Shown: positions 39,673 through 51,255 of the stretch, piece after piece
Layout: the number at the start of each line of letters is the position of its first letter
How positions within the stretch are numbered: the first letter of the stretch is position 1
DNA from: Smithella sp. PtaU1.Bin162
GTDB lineage: Bacteria > Desulfobacterota > Syntrophia > Syntrophales > Smithellaceae
Direction of reading: 5' to 3'
DNA length: 64,000 nt
NCBI GenBank assembly: GCA_002068015.1
Contig: MVRV01000184.1
Coordinates: forward strand, 79,976 to 143,975
Made by a program: the position numbers and the translations under genes
Notes under the pieces: model-generated
Database searches by the model: none
Told to the model about the DNA's origin: nothing
What the model saw: the letters and a program-made list of their open reading frames with translations, nothing else

Positions 39673-40484
39673 TAATCAATCACATAAATTCTATAGTAAT
39701 AAACAAAGGGAGCAATAAAAAGCAAACAATCCATTCTATCTAAAAGACCACCGTGACCGGGCAATAACGAACTCGCATCCTTGAGTCCATAATTTCTTTT
39801 AATCGCTGATTCGCTGAGATCTCCCAATTGGCCGATAATACTGCCGATAAAAGCAAGAATGCCTATTTTCAGTAAAGACACTCCGGGAAAACTGAAATAT
39901 GCAAAAATAAGACAGGCCACTGTACTTCCAAGAATCAATCCTATAGTTCCTTCTACGGTTTTACCGGGACTGATTAAAGGAATTAGCTTATGCTTGCCGA
40001 GATACTTGCCGACATATAAAGCCGTAATGTCCCCTGCCAGTGCCAACACCAAAACAAAAAAAACCCATAAAATGCCTTTTTCTAAATTCCGTAACAAAAT
40101 AAAGTGAGACATTAAAAATGGGATATACATCAAACCAAAAATAATTTTGGCAACAGTTATTACATCGAAATCAGCTTCTTTAACTGATCCCAGAAATAAA
40201 ATAAAAACAATCAATATGCAGAGAGCTAAAACAGCAAGCATCATCTGGCTTCCACCAAAAAGCATGACGAAAGGAATTACTGCAGCAAAAAACATGCTTT
40301 CAATTTTTTCTTTCAGAAAACCTTTTCCCAAAACCATGCAATTATATTCCCAGATCCCACCCGCGGCAAATAAGGCAACGACTATCGTCAGAGCAACGGG
40401 AGAACCCAAAATAATAATCCCGAAAATTACGGCAGCCAATATCAAACCGGTCAACCATCTTTTTGCATAGGAATTTTCCATCAC
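39672..40484 (-). CDS. cdsA: phosphatidate cytidylyltransferase
   Basis: Polytopic protein with the C-terminal signature SAIKRNYGLKDASSLLPGHGGLLDRMD. Confidence 0.93.
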   Translation of the reverse strand: MMENSYAKRWLTGLILAAVIFGIIILGSPVALTIVVALFAAGGIWEYNCMVLGKGFLKEKIESMFFAAVIPFVMLFGGSQMMLAVLALCILIVFILFLGSVKEADFDVITVAKIIFGLMYIPFLMSHFILLRNLEKGILWVFFVLVLALAGDITALYVGKYLGKHKLIPLISPGKTVEGTIGLILGSTVACLIFAYFSFPGVSLLKIGILAFIGSIIGQLGDLSESAIKRNYGLKDASSLLPGHGGLLDRMDCLLFIAPFVYYYRIYVID

Positions 40485-40494
40485 TAAACCCGAG

Positions 40495-41250
40495 TTATTC
40501 TTTAATGTTGTTTCTACAATTTTTTTTCAGTTGGTCACTGGTCAGACCAAAGCGTCTTTCACGGTTTTGATAATCAGCAATTGCTGTTAAGAGATCTTTC
40601 TTTTGAAAATCAGGCCAGAGGACATCGGTAAAATAAAACTCCGTATAGGCCATTTGCCAAAGCAGGAAATTACTTATTCTGTATTCGCCGCTGGTACGGA
40701 TTAATAAATCGGGATCAGGTATTCCTGCAGTCTGCAGATAACCGGCAAACACTTTTTTATTAATATCTTTTAATTGAATTTTACTAAATTGGCAGTCCTT
40801 GATTATTTTCTTTACGGCAAATATTATTTCATCTCTTCCTCCATAGCCTAAAGCCAGATTTAAAATCATTTTGTTATTATCTGCCGTAGCTGTTTTTGCC
40901 TGTAAAAGTTTCTCCTTAACTTGCGGAGTCAAATTGTCTATTTCACCAATTGTTGTAAGTTTTATTCCCTGTTTTTGTAAGTCATTAATTTCTTTTGATA
41001 AATATTCATCAAGGAGGAACATCAAAGCTTTTACTTCCTCCTGCGGTCGCCCCATGTTTTCCACGGATAAGGCAAAAAGCGTAAGGTATTTTATGCCTAT
41101 TTCACGGCATGCCCGGACTACCGTCCTCACCGCCTGAACACCTTTCCTATGGCCGCGAATTCTCCCTATAGCATGCTTTGCCGCCCAACGGCCATTACCA
41201 TCCATAATAATAGCGATGTGTTGCGGTAAATCATTTCCATTTATTTCCAT
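40495..41250 (-). CDS. uppS: isoprenyl transferase (undecaprenyl diphosphate synthase)
   Basis: HIAIIMDGNGRWA, TLFALSVEN, and RTSGEYRISNFLLWQ motifs. Confidence 0.95.
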   Translation of the reverse strand: MEINGNDLPQHIAIIMDGNGRWAAKHAIGRIRGHRKGVQAVRTVVRACREIGIKYLTLFALSVENMGRPQEEVKALMFLLDEYLSKEINDLQKQGIKLTTIGEIDNLTPQVKEKLLQAKTATADNNKMILNLALGYGGRDEIIFAVKKIIKDCQFSKIQLKDINKKVFAGYLQTAGIPDPDLLIRTSGEYRISNFLLWQMAYTEFYFTDVLWPDFQKKDLLTAIADYQNRERRFGLTSDQLKKNCRNNIKE

Positions 41251-41328
41251 TAAAACGAACCTTAAGAACTTAACTTATTTTACCAAACAGCATACATCTT
41301 TTCAATATAAGGAGATGTTTATTCTTCA

Positions 41329-41359
41329 TAAAAAACAAATGGGGAGCTCACTGCTCCCC
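41329..41359 (-). terminator. Rho-independent terminator after frr
   Basis: The minus strand reads GGGGAGC-AGTGA-GCTCCCC followed by ATTTGTTTTTT. Confidence 0.65.
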
Positions 41360-41385
41360 ACTTATTCAATAATATTTATTGCAGT

Positions 41386-41943
41386 CTATATTTCCATTAT
41401 TTCTTTTTCTTTTATTGCCAGAATTTTATCAATCTTTTCAATATGGTTGTTTGTGGATTTTTGGACTTCTTCCTGTGCTGTAAAAAGTTCATCTTCAGCA
41501 ATTTTATTGTTCTTTTTAAGATTTTTTAATTCTTCATTAGCGTCGCGGCGGGAATTCCTGATTTTAACCTTACCTTCCTCCGCCATTTTTTTCACAACTT
41601 TAACCAGCTCTTTACGGCGTTCCTCAGTTAGTTGTGGAATTGCGAGGCGAATAACTTTCCCATCATTGGAGGGCATTAGTCCTAAATCCGATTTCTGAAT
41701 CGCTTTTTCAACCGCACCGATTACAGTAACATCCCAGGGAGCAATAACTATTAACCGGCTTTCCGGAACGGACAGTGTTGCCACTTGAGCAATTGGCGTC
41801 GGAGTACCATAGTAATCAACTTTAATCCCGTCAAGTAACGAAACTGATGCCCTTCCCGTCCGTACTCTGCTGAATGACTTGTCCAGCGACGATATTGTTT
41901 TTTCCATATCATCTTTCAGCTTCTGAAAAATTTGATCTTTCAT
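41386..41943 (-). CDS. frr: ribosome recycling factor
   Basis: 185 aa. The ..[23 protein letters not shown].. and [14 protein letters not shown] motifs are canonical. Confidence 0.95.
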   Translation of the reverse strand: MKDQIFQKLKDDMEKTISSLDKSFSRVRTGRASVSLLDGIKVDYYGTPTPIAQVATLSVPESRLIVIAPWDVTVIGAVEKAIQKSDLGLMPSNDGKVIRLAIPQLTEERRKELVKVVKKMAEEGKVKIRNSRRDANEELKNLKKNNKIAEDELFTAQEEVQKSTNNHIEKIDKILAIKEKEIMEI

Positions 41944-41944
41944 A

Positions 41945-42670
<726 letters not shown>

Positions 42671-43276
42671 TTATTTTTTGATTTCCTCACCTAGTTGAAA
42701 TCTGGCAAAACGGCGAATAATTATATTTTCACCGGTATTGGCAATTAAATTACTGATCAGCGTTCCCACAGTAATATCGGTATTTTTTATAAATTTCTGT
42801 TCCGTCAGACAGACATCCTCATAATACTTTTTGAGTTTTCCTTCGATTATCTTGTCCCAGATCTTTTCCGGCTTCTTCTCTTCACGTAACTGGCTCCGGT
42901 AAATTTCTTTTTCCCGGTTTAATGCATCTTCGGGAATTTCATCCGGCCGGACATAGATAGGGTTGGAAGCTGCTACATGCATGGCTATATCTTTGGCGGC
43001 TGCCTGAAAAGCATCGGTTTTGGCTACAAAATCAGTTTCACAATTAAGCTCAACCATTACGCCAATACGGCCACCCATGTGAATATAGGAAGCTATTGTG
43101 CCGTCTTTTGCCGCTTTCGATGATCTTTTCGTTGCTGCGGATAAGCCTTTCTTTCTTAAAAAATCAATCGCTTTTTCAAAATCGCCTTCAGATGCTGTCA
43201 ATGCTTCTTTACAATCCATCATTCCGGCACCGGTTTTGGTTCTTAATTCTTTTACCATTGTTGAAGATATTTCCAA
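42671..43276 (-). CDS. tsf: translation elongation factor Ts (short form)
   Basis: VKELRTKTGAGMMDCKEAL UBA-like N-terminus and a VELNCETDFVA core. Confidence 0.93.
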   Translation of the reverse strand: MEISSTMVKELRTKTGAGMMDCKEALTASEGDFEKAIDFLRKKGLSAATKRSSKAAKDGTIASYIHMGGRIGVMVELNCETDFVAKTDAFQAAAKDIAMHVAASNPIYVRPDEIPEDALNREKEIYRSQLREEKKPEKIWDKIIEGKLKKYYEDVCLTEQKFIKNTDITVGTLISNLIANTGENIIIRRFARFQLGEEIKK

Positions 43277-43326
43277 TTTCTTTTCCTCCTCAAAACTTTT
43301 CCGATTATAATGTCTTATTAATTTAC

Positions 43327-44124
43327 TTAATTTACATCATCATTTTCCATTTCCACACTTTCCGGGATATCCGCTTCAGCGGGTTTGGCTTCTGTTGTTG
43401 TCTGCGTTTCTTTATTGGATTCCGCAGTCAGTTTTTCTTCAAAATGTTTTCTGCCTTCGATAACAGCATCGGCAAATTTAGATGCAAAAAGTTTAATTGC
43501 TCTGATGGCGTCATCGTTGCCCGGAATAATGTAGTCGATGTCATCAGGATTGCAATTTGTATCAACAATACTGACGATAGGAATCGATAATTTTTTTGCT
43601 TCCTGAACAGCAATATGTTCACGATTGGGATCAACGATAAATACAGCTCCCGGATGCGATTTCATATTACGAATCCCGCCTAAAACATCTTCGAGTTTCT
43701 CTTTTTCTTTCTGTATTTTGGTTATTTCTTTTTTAGGAAAGGCTTTTATTGAATCGTCTTCGAACATTTTTGATAACATGTTGAGACGATCAATGCTTTT
43801 TTTAATTGTAATGAAATTGGTCAACATTCCACCAAGCCAGCGCTGATTGACGTAAGGCATACCGCAACGCAGAGCTTCTTCTTTAATTGCTTCCTGAGAT
43901 TGTTTTTTTGTTCCGATGAACAGAATTTCCTTTCCTTCGCCGACTGAATCGACAATAAAATTGTATGCCGTTTGAAACATACCAACTGTTTGTTGAAGAT
44001 CAATAATGTATATGTTGTTTCTCGCCCCGAAAATATACGGCTTCATTTTGGGGTTCCATTTGTTTGTCTGATGTCCGAAATGAACACCGGCCTCCAATAA
44101 CAGTTTCATTGAAATTGCTGACAT
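43327..44124 (-). CDS. rpsB: 30S ribosomal protein S2
   Basis: [22 protein letters not shown].. is canonical. ATG 44124 is preceded by AAGGAG. There is an acidic C-terminal tail. The ORF-track start at 44178 is an extension. Confidence 0.95.
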   Translation of the reverse strand: MSAISMKLLLEAGVHFGHQTNKWNPKMKPYIFGARNNIYIIDLQQTVGMFQTAYNFIVDSVGEGKEILFIGTKKQSQEAIKEEALRCGMPYVNQRWLGGMLTNFITIKKSIDRLNMLSKMFEDDSIKAFPKKEITKIQKEKEKLEDVLGGIRNMKSHPGAVFIVDPNREHIAVQEAKKLSIPIVSIVDTNCNPDDIDYIIPGNDDAIRAIKLFASKFADAVIEGRKHFEEKLTAESNKETQTTTEAKPAEADIPESVEMENDDVN

Positions 44125-44233
44125 ATTTTTCTCCTTATTTGTTTTTTCCTCCACCCCCTTCACCTTGTCCGGACACACTTATTAATAAGCAACATGTCCG
44201 CAATCCGGGGGTGTGTGAAGTTTTGCGGCACTT

Positions 44234-44262
44234 AACATAAATAACTTAATTATTCAAGTCAA
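44234..44262 (-). promoter_or_regulatory. candidate sigma70 promoter for rpsB-tsf
   Basis: The minus strand reads TTGACT (44262-44257), 17-nt spacer, TATGTT (44239-44234). This predicts a ~100-nt structured leader. Confidence 0.4.
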
Positions 44263-44302
44263 ATATCGGTTTTTAATTATTATTGTTTCTGTTTTAATTC
44301 CT

Positions 44303-45502
44303 TTAAGTTGAATAATCGGCGTTGATTTTCACATAATCATAAGAGAGATCCGAAGTATAAACGCAATATGATTTATCACCATTTCCCAACTGGACATGAA
44401 CATCAATTCTGTCTTTTTGATATATTCCCTGTAATTTATTGAGTTGTATAGCTGCCGGAGTATCCTGAGAAAATACAAGCATTCCCCCTATGGTAATGCT
44501 GGCTTTTTCCTTCTCAAATGGTACACCCGAAGAACCAAGAGCGGCAAGAATTCTCCCCCAATTGGGATCTTCACCGAAAAATGCCGTTTTTACCAGATTG
44601 GAATTGGCGATAGAATATGCTGCCTTTTTTGCATCAGAACGTGATTTGGCGCCATCAACAGTAATGGAAATAAATTTCGTTGCACCTTCACCGTCTTTTA
44701 CAACCGCCAGGGAAAGTTCCGTCAATACATCGGTTAACATATCACGAAATCTTTGTAATCTGGCCTGGGCGCGTTCCAAAGGATTATTTCCGGCCAAGCC
44801 GTTAGCCATAATAATGGCGGTATCATTAGTGCTCATGCAACCGTCAACGCTTATTGTGTTAAAGGTGGAATCAATAGCCTGATGAAACACTGTATTCAAG
44901 GCTTTAACATCAATCAAAGCGTCTGTCATAACGTAAGTAAGTAATGTAGCCATATTCGGTTCGATCATTCCGGCCCCTTTGGCAATACCACAAATAGTGA
45001 TATCTTTGGCTCCGACTATGCCTCTGCGGATGGCAATTTTAGGATATTTATCGGTAGTCATCATCGCCTCCTCAGCATCCTCGATGCCAAATTCATTTAA
45101 TCCTTTAACCAGCTTGCCAATTCCACCTTCGATTTTTTTAACAGGCAATTTTTTACCAATAACACCCGTGGATCCAAGAAGAATAAGTTCTTCTTTTATC
45201 TTTAATTGTTTGGATAAAGCAGCGGATACCGTCATAGCATCCTGATAGCCTTCTTTCCCTGTAGCGGCATTGGCACAACCACTGTTGGTTATAATAGCCT
45301 GGGCGAGGCCTTTCTTAACGCGCTCGGCATCAATTATTACCGGGGCAGACTTAAAGGTATTCTTTGTAAATACAGCGGCGACCTTTGCCGGCACACTGGA
45401 ATAAATTAAAGCCAGATCTTTCTGCGGACCTTCTTTTATACCTACAGAAATCCCATTTGCTAAAAATCCGGGGACATTTATTTTTGTTTTTTCTTTTCCC
45501 AT
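44303..45502 (-). CDS. argJ: bifunctional glutamate N-acetyltransferase / amino-acid acetyltransferase ArgJ
   Basis: KGAGMIEPNMATLLTYVMTDA autoprocessing site and DGCMSTNDT motif. Confidence 0.93.
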   Translation of the reverse strand: MGKEKTKINVPGFLANGISVGIKEGPQKDLALIYSSVPAKVAAVFTKNTFKSAPVIIDAERVKKGLAQAIITNSGCANAATGKEGYQDAMTVSAALSKQLKIKEELILLGSTGVIGKKLPVKKIEGGIGKLVKGLNEFGIEDAEEAMMTTDKYPKIAIRRGIVGAKDITICGIAKGAGMIEPNMATLLTYVMTDALIDVKALNTVFHQAIDSTFNTISVDGCMSTNDTAIIMANGLAGNNPLERAQARLQRFRDMLTDVLTELSLAVVKDGEGATKFISITVDGAKSRSDAKKAAYSIANSNLVKTAFFGEDPNWGRILAALGSSGVPFEKEKASITIGGMLVFSQDTPAAIQLNKLQGIYQKDRIDVHVQLGNGDKSYCVYTSDLSYDYVKINADYST

Positions 45503-45526
45503 AATGCCTGCTCCTATTTCAATGTC

Positions 45527-48046
45527 TTAAGCACCACAGCATTTTTTATATTTTTTCCCGCTACCACAGGGGCAGGGATCATTGCGTCCGATTTTATTCC
45601 CTTCCCTCTTTACCGTTTGTGCCTCCGGCACATCTTCTCCACGGCTTAAAATATAATCCTGTTTTTGTTTCTGTCTAATTTCTTCTACTTCTTCTTCGCG
45701 TTGAATCCTTACTAAACACAATTTTTCCAAAGTATCCGTTTTTATCTCTGAAATCATTTCCATGAACATCTCATAACCTTCACGCTGATATTCACGGACA
45801 GGATCTTTCTGACCGTATCCGCGCAAGCCGATCCCCTCTTTTAAATGATCCATGGACAGCAAATGCTCTTTCCAATGGGAATCGATTGCCTGCAGCATAA
45901 TTACTTTCAACAGGTAATCCATCAAATCTTTACCGAAAGTTTGTTCTTTACTCTGTAAAAGTTCTTTAACTTTTTCAATAATCAGATCCCGGATTGAATT
46001 TGCAGATGTTACCCCCGGCAAATTAGTTATGTAAAATTTTATATTAAATTGTTTAAACAAGGCATCATCAAGACCACTTAAATTCCATTCTTCATAATGT
46101 TTTTTTTCATTGACATATTCAAAGATAAGATTATCGGCAACTTCTTCAACCATTTCATTAACATCATCACGTAAATTCTCTCCGCGCAAGACTTTTTTAC
46201 GCTGTTCATATATTACTTTCCGCTGTTTGTTCATTACATCATCATACTCTAAGAGATGCTTGCGGATGTCAAAATTCTGGCCCTCTACACGTTTCTGTGC
46301 ATTTTCAATTGCCCGGGAAATATATTTATGCTCTATTGGTTGATCTTCCTCGATACCGATACGATCCATAATCGAAGATATTCTGTCTGCACCGAAAATA
46401 CGCAACAAGTCATCTTCCAAAGACAGGTAAAAGCGGGAGGAACCATCATCGCCCTGACGACCGGACCGGCCTCGTAATTGGTTATCAATGCGTCTGCTTT
46501 CATGCCGTTCCGTACCGAGAATATGTAAGCCTCCCAACTCCGCCACACCATCCCCCAAACGAATATCCGTCCCACGACCGGCCATATTTGTTGAAATGGT
46601 TATCATTCCCGCCTGACCAGCCTGGGCAATAATTTCCGCTTCTTTTTCATGATTTTTTGCATTCAAAACATAGTGTTTTAACCCGGCACGAGTAAGATGC
46701 TTACTCAATAATTCCGATTTTTCAATGGAGATTGTTCCTATTAATACCGGTCTTTTAGCATTGTGCAAAGTTTTAACTTCCTCAATCACCGCTTTTATTT
46801 TTTCCTGCTCGGTTTTATAGATTAAATCATTGTGATCTTTACGAATCATCGGCATATTGGTTGGCATAACCACTACATCCAGGTTATATATTTTTTTAAA
46901 TTCCGCAGCTTCCGTATCCGCAGTACCGGTCATCCCGGAAAGTTTCTTATACATTCGGAAATAATTTTGAAAAGTAATGGATGCCAGCGTTTGATTTTCC
47001 CGTTCAATTTTCACCTTTTCCTTGGCTTCCAAAGCCTGATGCAGGCCGTCACTGTAACGTCTCCCCGGCATTACTCTTCCGGTAAACTCATCTACAATAA
47101 TAACCTGTCCGTCTTTGACAAGATAATCGACATCTCTCCTAAATAAAGTATGAGCTCTTAAAGCCTGATTGACATGATGCACAATTTCAATATTGCGTGG
47201 TTCATAAAGGTTTTGGATATTTAAATATCCTTCAACATGCGCAACACCTTCTTCTGTTAAAACAACGGTACGGCTTTTTTCTTCAATTGTATAATCGTGA
47301 TCTCTCTTTAACCGTGGTATTATCTGATTGATTTTATAATATTTATCAGTTGATTCTTCTGATGGCCCTGAAATAATCAGAGGTGTCCGGGCCTCATCAA
47401 TCAGAATGCTGTCTACTTCATCCACAATCGCATAGTTAAACTCACGCTGAGTGTATTCCTCCAGACTAAACTTCATGTTGTCTCGCAAATAATCAAATCC
47501 AAATTCGTTATTCGTTCCGTAAGTGATATCAGCGTTATATGCTTCTCTTCTTTCTTCATCGTCAAGGCCATGAATAATGACCCCAACCCTTAATCCCAGG
47601 AAATTATAAATCGGCCCCATCCAACCGGCATCTCTTTTGGCCAGATAATCATTAACCGTAACCACATGGCAGCCCTTTCCTTCCAGAGCATTCAGATATA
47701 GAGGCATGGTAGCAGCAAGTGTTTTACCTTCGCCTGTCTTCATCTCTGCTATTTTACCTTCATGAAGAACAATTCCTCCGATCACCTGTACATCAAAAGG
47801 ACGCATGAGTAGAGTTCGCCGCGCCGCTTCCCTCGCGACAGCAAATGCCTCTGTAAGAATATCATCCGGGCTAAAACCACTCTTTAATTTTTCTCTGAAA
47901 TAATTAGTTTTTGCAGCGAGTTCAGCATCACTGAGCGATATCATAGTAGATTCAAAACTATTAACTTCATTTAGAAGAATTGACAGACGTTTTAATTCCC
48001 GATCGTTTTTTGTTCCTACGATTTTTTTTAAAATTTTATTAAACAT
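45527..48046 (-). CDS. secA: preprotein translocase ATPase SecA
   Basis: MKTGEGKTL Walker [30 protein letters not shown], and a C-terminal zinc motif [14 protein letters not shown]. Confidence 0.97.
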   Translation of the reverse strand: MFNKILKKIVGTKNDRELKRLSILLNEVNSFESTMISLSDAELAAKTNYFREKLKSGFSPDDILTEAFAVAREAARRTLLMRPFDVQVIGGIVLHEGKIAEMKTGEGKTLAATMPLYLNALEGKGCHVVTVNDYLAKRDAGWMGPIYNFLGLRVGVIIHGLDDEERREAYNADITYGTNNEFGFDYLRDNMKFSLEEYTQREFNYAIVDEVDSILIDEARTPLIISGPSEESTDKYYKINQIIPRLKRDHDYTIEEKSRTVVLTEEGVAHVEGYLNIQNLYEPRNIEIVHHVNQALRAHTLFRRDVDYLVKDGQVIIVDEFTGRVMPGRRYSDGLHQALEAKEKVKIERENQTLASITFQNYFRMYKKLSGMTGTADTEAAEFKKIYNLDVVVMPTNMPMIRKDHNDLIYKTEQEKIKAVIEEVKTLHNAKRPVLIGTISIEKSELLSKHLTRAGLKHYVLNAKNHEKEAEIIAQAGQAGMITISTNMAGRGTDIRLGDGVAELGGLHILGTERHESRRIDNQLRGRSGRQGDDGSSRFYLSLEDDLLRIFGADRISSIMDRIGIEEDQPIEHKYISRAIENAQKRVEGQNFDIRKHLLEYDDVMNKQRKVIYEQRKKVLRGENLRDDVNEMVEEVADNLIFEYVNEKKHYEEWNLSGLDDALFKQFNIKFYITNLPGVTSANSIRDLIIEKVKELLQSKEQTFGKDLMDYLLKVIMLQAIDSHWKEHLLSMDHLKEGIGLRGYGQKDPVREYQREGYEMFMEMISEIKTDTLEKLCLVRIQREEEVEEIRQKQKQDYILSRGEDVPEAQTVKREGNKIGRNDPCPCGSGKKYKKCCGA

Positions 48047-48056
48047 TAATCACCTT

Positions 48057-48082
48057 AAAAAAAAACCGGTAATGTTACCGGT
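48057..48082 (-). terminator. Rho-independent terminator directly upstream of the secA ribosome-binding site
   Basis: The minus strand reads ACCGGTA-ACAT-TACCGGT followed by nine T. The T-run ends 10 nt before the secA ATG (AAGGTGA Shine-Dalgarno in between). Confidence 0.7.
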
Positions 48083-48175
48083 GACTTTAACAACTTCCGC
48101 ATAACTAATATTGGAAATATTTACCCGAATGCTACTTTTCCTCTGTAGTAAAGCTTTCTATTCCTGATCAACCTG

Positions 48176-49099
48176 TTATCTCAAGTACTTTCTGGGATTG
48201 ACGGGAATATTATTAACATAAACAGCATAATGAAGATGTGTTCCGGTACTGCGTCCGGTATCTCCGACATAGCCGATCAAATCACCTTTTTTAATCCGTA
48301 CACCCTGCTTAACTGCAATTCTGGAAAGATGCGCATAGGCAGTCTTCATACCATGAGAATGGTCAATTTTAACAATATTACCATCTTCCGGCTGATATCC
48401 GGCTTCAATTATCAGGCCGTCGGCGGGAGCAATAACTTCTTTACCCAGTCTGGTTGCAATATCCAGTCCTTTGTGAAATTCTGTTCCGGAATTGAAAGGT
48501 GATTCTCTGGTGCCAAATTCCGATGTTACCCATCCTTTAACCGGCCAGATTGAAGGAGTAGCGGCAAGAATGGATTTTTGCTCCCTTAAAAAAATTAACA
48601 ATTCAGCAAAACTTTTTTCCCGGACAGCGGCATCATCATTCAAACTGCCGACACCTTTGCGCATTCCGGCAATTATTTTTTCCTGATCCTGATTGAGTAA
48701 GTCTTGTATCCTGGCTTTTTCACTCGTGGAGCCACCGACACCTAAGGGCAGTTTTTTGTCTCTTCCGGTTTGATAATTAGCTAATATTCTTAGTTTTTTG
48801 TCGAATTGTTTGAGTGTTTCCATCCGGTCGGCAAATTCGTCGATTTTAAAGGCTAAATCTGTGATTTGTTTGGCTTGTTCTTTTGTTTGCGCTCTAAGCC
48901 TGATCAGTTCAACCCGGTCTCTTTTAATACTGGCATAATCATAAATAACATAAAGACTCAAAAGAACTGCACAGACCGAACCAATAAATAAACCACGTAC
49001 CAATGCACTGGAAAGAGATAATTTTTTTACTGCGCTCTTCCGGCGTGGAATAATCATCAATGTAAAGAAATTATCCGGCACTTTTTCTTTCCCTACCAA
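48176..49099 (-). CDS. M23 family metallopeptidase (murein endopeptidase, EnvC-like architecture)
   Basis: N-terminal membrane anchor, a coiled-coil-like region, and a C-terminal LytM domain (HKGLDIA, GDTGRSTGTHLHY). Start uncertain: TTG 49099 or ATG 49057. Confidence 0.85.
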   Translation of the reverse strand: MVGKEKVPDNFFTLMIIPRRKSAVKKLSLSSALVRGLFIGSVCAVLLSLYVIYDYASIKRDRVELIRLRAQTKEQAKQITDLAFKIDEFADRMETLKQFDKKLRILANYQTGRDKKLPLGVGGSTSEKARIQDLLNQDQEKIIAGMRKGVGSLNDDAAVREKSFAELLIFLREQKSILAATPSIWPVKGWVTSEFGTRESPFNSGTEFHKGLDIATRLGKEVIAPADGLIIEAGYQPEDGNIVKIDHSHGMKTAYAHLSRIAVKQGVRIKKGDLIGYVGDTGRSTGTHLHYAVYVNNIPVNPRKYLR

Positions 49100-49257
49100 T
49101 TTGACATCATTGAATGGCCGTTAACCTTAGTTTAGCTACCATAAAAAAAACTGAAAAGTCAAGAAATACCTGGTTTTGGTTATTTCAGTTTTTTAATTTA
49201 ATTATCACCAAAAAATAATTCCATTTAAACTATCTCCTCAATTTCCAAGCTATTCCA

Positions 49258-51225
49258 TTACGCTTTTGTAATTACCATTAAAGGATCTCCAATTTCAACC
49301 TTATCCCCCGGAGAAACTATAATTTCACTGACTTTTCCATTTATTTCGGAAAGTACATTCGTCAGCATTTTCATTGCTTCCATTACAACCAGAACTTCAC
49401 CTGCCGACACTTCAGCCCCTTCTGAAACGGGAATTTCACTTATCGTTCCAATCATTTGAGATCGCACATCACCAGCCTTCGCCAGATCGTTTAGTTCTTT
49501 GATGGAAATGGAAACTTTCTTCTTGATCTGATCACCGGAACCTTTTTTACTTTCACCTTCCAGCTCCATTTCCGTATATATAGGCTCCGGATGATGATCT
49601 ATATTAAAGTAAGTTACGGCATCGCCTGTTTTTGTTTTCCGCTGCGGTCCCACTTCAATTGCGTGTAACGTACCATAAGCATCCGTAATCTCAAATTTTT
49701 CTCCGAGACCAAAACCGCCTTTTCTAAACCATATCTTGGGAGGCAAGACCCATGTTTTTCCATATTTAGCTTCAAACTTAAAAAAGTTTACGGCATCATT
49801 GGGATGTTGTAAATATAAAACAAGTTCATCTTCCGTAGCCGACCGTCCTAAACGACGCTCCAGGACTTTCTTTTCCACATCAATATCAATATTTTCTATT
49901 TTCTGATAACAATAGTTACAATCTACATAATATTTCCAATCATTTCCAAATACCGCCTTAAAAATATCATCTGCCGGTTTATAAAACGGAAGCTCACCGT
50001 ATCTTCCTAACATTAAATTTTTTAAATCATCACTGGCATTCTTATATCTTGAACCTTTCAGAACATTATTTACCGCCGTTGTCCAGAGTATTTGCGAACC
50101 GGGAGTAACGCTCCACCAATTCCCCAATTCTATCTGCACTCTGGGTAATTCTTTCTGTAAAATCTCCGGCATACGGGACAAAAATCCGCCTTTTACCGCC
50201 TGTTCAAAGCTTGATCCTGTTGCGCCTCCAGGAAGTTTGTGCATCTGCACTGTCGGATCAAAACCAAGAAACTGAGATTCAAAATCCCGGTAATACTCTC
50301 TCTCGGGCCGCAGTATATTCGATGCATCTATTACCGCCTGCCTGTTCAAGCCAACGGCCTTATACCCATATTCCGCCAATGTATCTACCACGGTAATAAT
50401 CGGGGGAGGACCAAAAAAGCCGGTTAAAGCATGATCAGAGGCATCTATTATTTTCGCACCGTTAAAAACGGCTTCAATTATTCTGCCTATATCATTGCCA
50501 TCGGAATTATGGCCATGATAGTGAACAAGTAATTCCGGATATTTATCTAAAATTGCCCGAACCAGTTTACCGATACGGCGGGGAGTTCCCAGACCGCCGT
50601 GATTCTTGATACAAAGGATTATATCATGACCTGTGACTTCCAGAATTTCTCCAACTTTTTTTACATAATATTCATCGGTATGCTCAGGTCCTGTCGAGAA
50701 ACAGATTGACGGTTCCAGTATACAACCGGCTTTTTTAACTTCCTCAAAAACCGCGATCATATTTGGTATGTGGTTTAAGAAGTCGAATACACGCCAAACA
50801 TGGACATAGCGGGCAAAAGATTTTACCGTAAGACGAATAACGTTGTCCGGATAGGGACGGTAGCCGAATAGATTAATGCCGCGACAAAGGTTCTGAAATA
50901 ACGTATCGGGCATGTTTTCCGCAAGAACATGCAACTTTTCCAGAGGATTAATCTGTTTGCGCATCATATCAACATGCACTGACGCTCCACCGGAAATTTC
51001 CAAAGAAAAAAATCCGGAATCATTGCGTTCTTTAGCAACAAGCAGTTGAGTGTGCGGCATAATTCTGTTTTTAAAATCGGATTGAGAAAGGTCTCTTTCC
51101 GTATTAGTTACAAAATAATCTTTACTCATCCTGATTTTGTCTATTATGTACTTTGCACCTTTTTCTTTTAATTCACGGGGAGTCACCCGCTCATCAAATA
51201 TGGCCGTGCTTTTCTCTTTTTTCAT
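49258..51225 (-). CDS. biotin-dependent carboxylase, carboxyltransferase + biotinyl-carrier subunit (pyruvate carboxylase subunit B / oxaloacetate decarboxylase alpha-like)
   Basis: RDLSQS, IKNHGGLG and HYHGHNSDG correspond to the RDxxQS, carbamyl-Lys and HxH metal-site motifs of 5S-type carboxyltransferases. The C-terminal EAMKM is the biotin attachment motif. Confidence 0.82.
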   Translation of the reverse strand: MKKEKSTAIFDERVTPRELKEKGAKYIIDKIRMSKDYFVTNTERDLSQSDFKNRIMPHTQLLVAKERNDSGFFSLEISGGASVHVDMMRKQINPLEKLHVLAENMPDTLFQNLCRGINLFGYRPYPDNVIRLTVKSFARYVHVWRVFDFLNHIPNMIAVFEEVKKAGCILEPSICFSTGPEHTDEYYVKKVGEILEVTGHDIILCIKNHGGLGTPRRIGKLVRAILDKYPELLVHYHGHNSDGNDIGRIIEAVFNGAKIIDASDHALTGFFGPPPIITVVDTLAEYGYKAVGLNRQAVIDASNILRPEREYYRDFESQFLGFDPTVQMHKLPGGATGSSFEQAVKGGFLSRMPEILQKELPRVQIELGNWWSVTPGSQILWTTAVNNVLKGSRYKNASDDLKNLMLGRYGELPFYKPADDIFKAVFGNDWKYYVDCNYCYQKIENIDIDVEKKVLERRLGRSATEDELVLYLQHPNDAVNFFKFEAKYGKTWVLPPKIWFRKGGFGLGEKFEITDAYGTLHAIEVGPQRKTKTGDAVTYFNIDHHPEPIYTEMELEGESKKGSGDQIKKKVSISIKELNDLAKAGDVRSQMIGTISEIPVSEGAEVSAGEVLVVMEAMKMLTNVLSEINGKVSEIIVSPGDKVEIGDPLMVITKA

Positions 51226-51255
51226 AAATCAATAACCTTTACTATTTTAAATAGG

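Noticed and set aside
49147-49192. AAAACTGAAA ... TTTCAGTTTT inverted repeat after the carboxyltransferase gene, as a bidirectional terminator
   Set aside because: The loop is 26 nt and the stem is AU-rich. This could still terminate weakly, but it is not strong enough to call as a feature.
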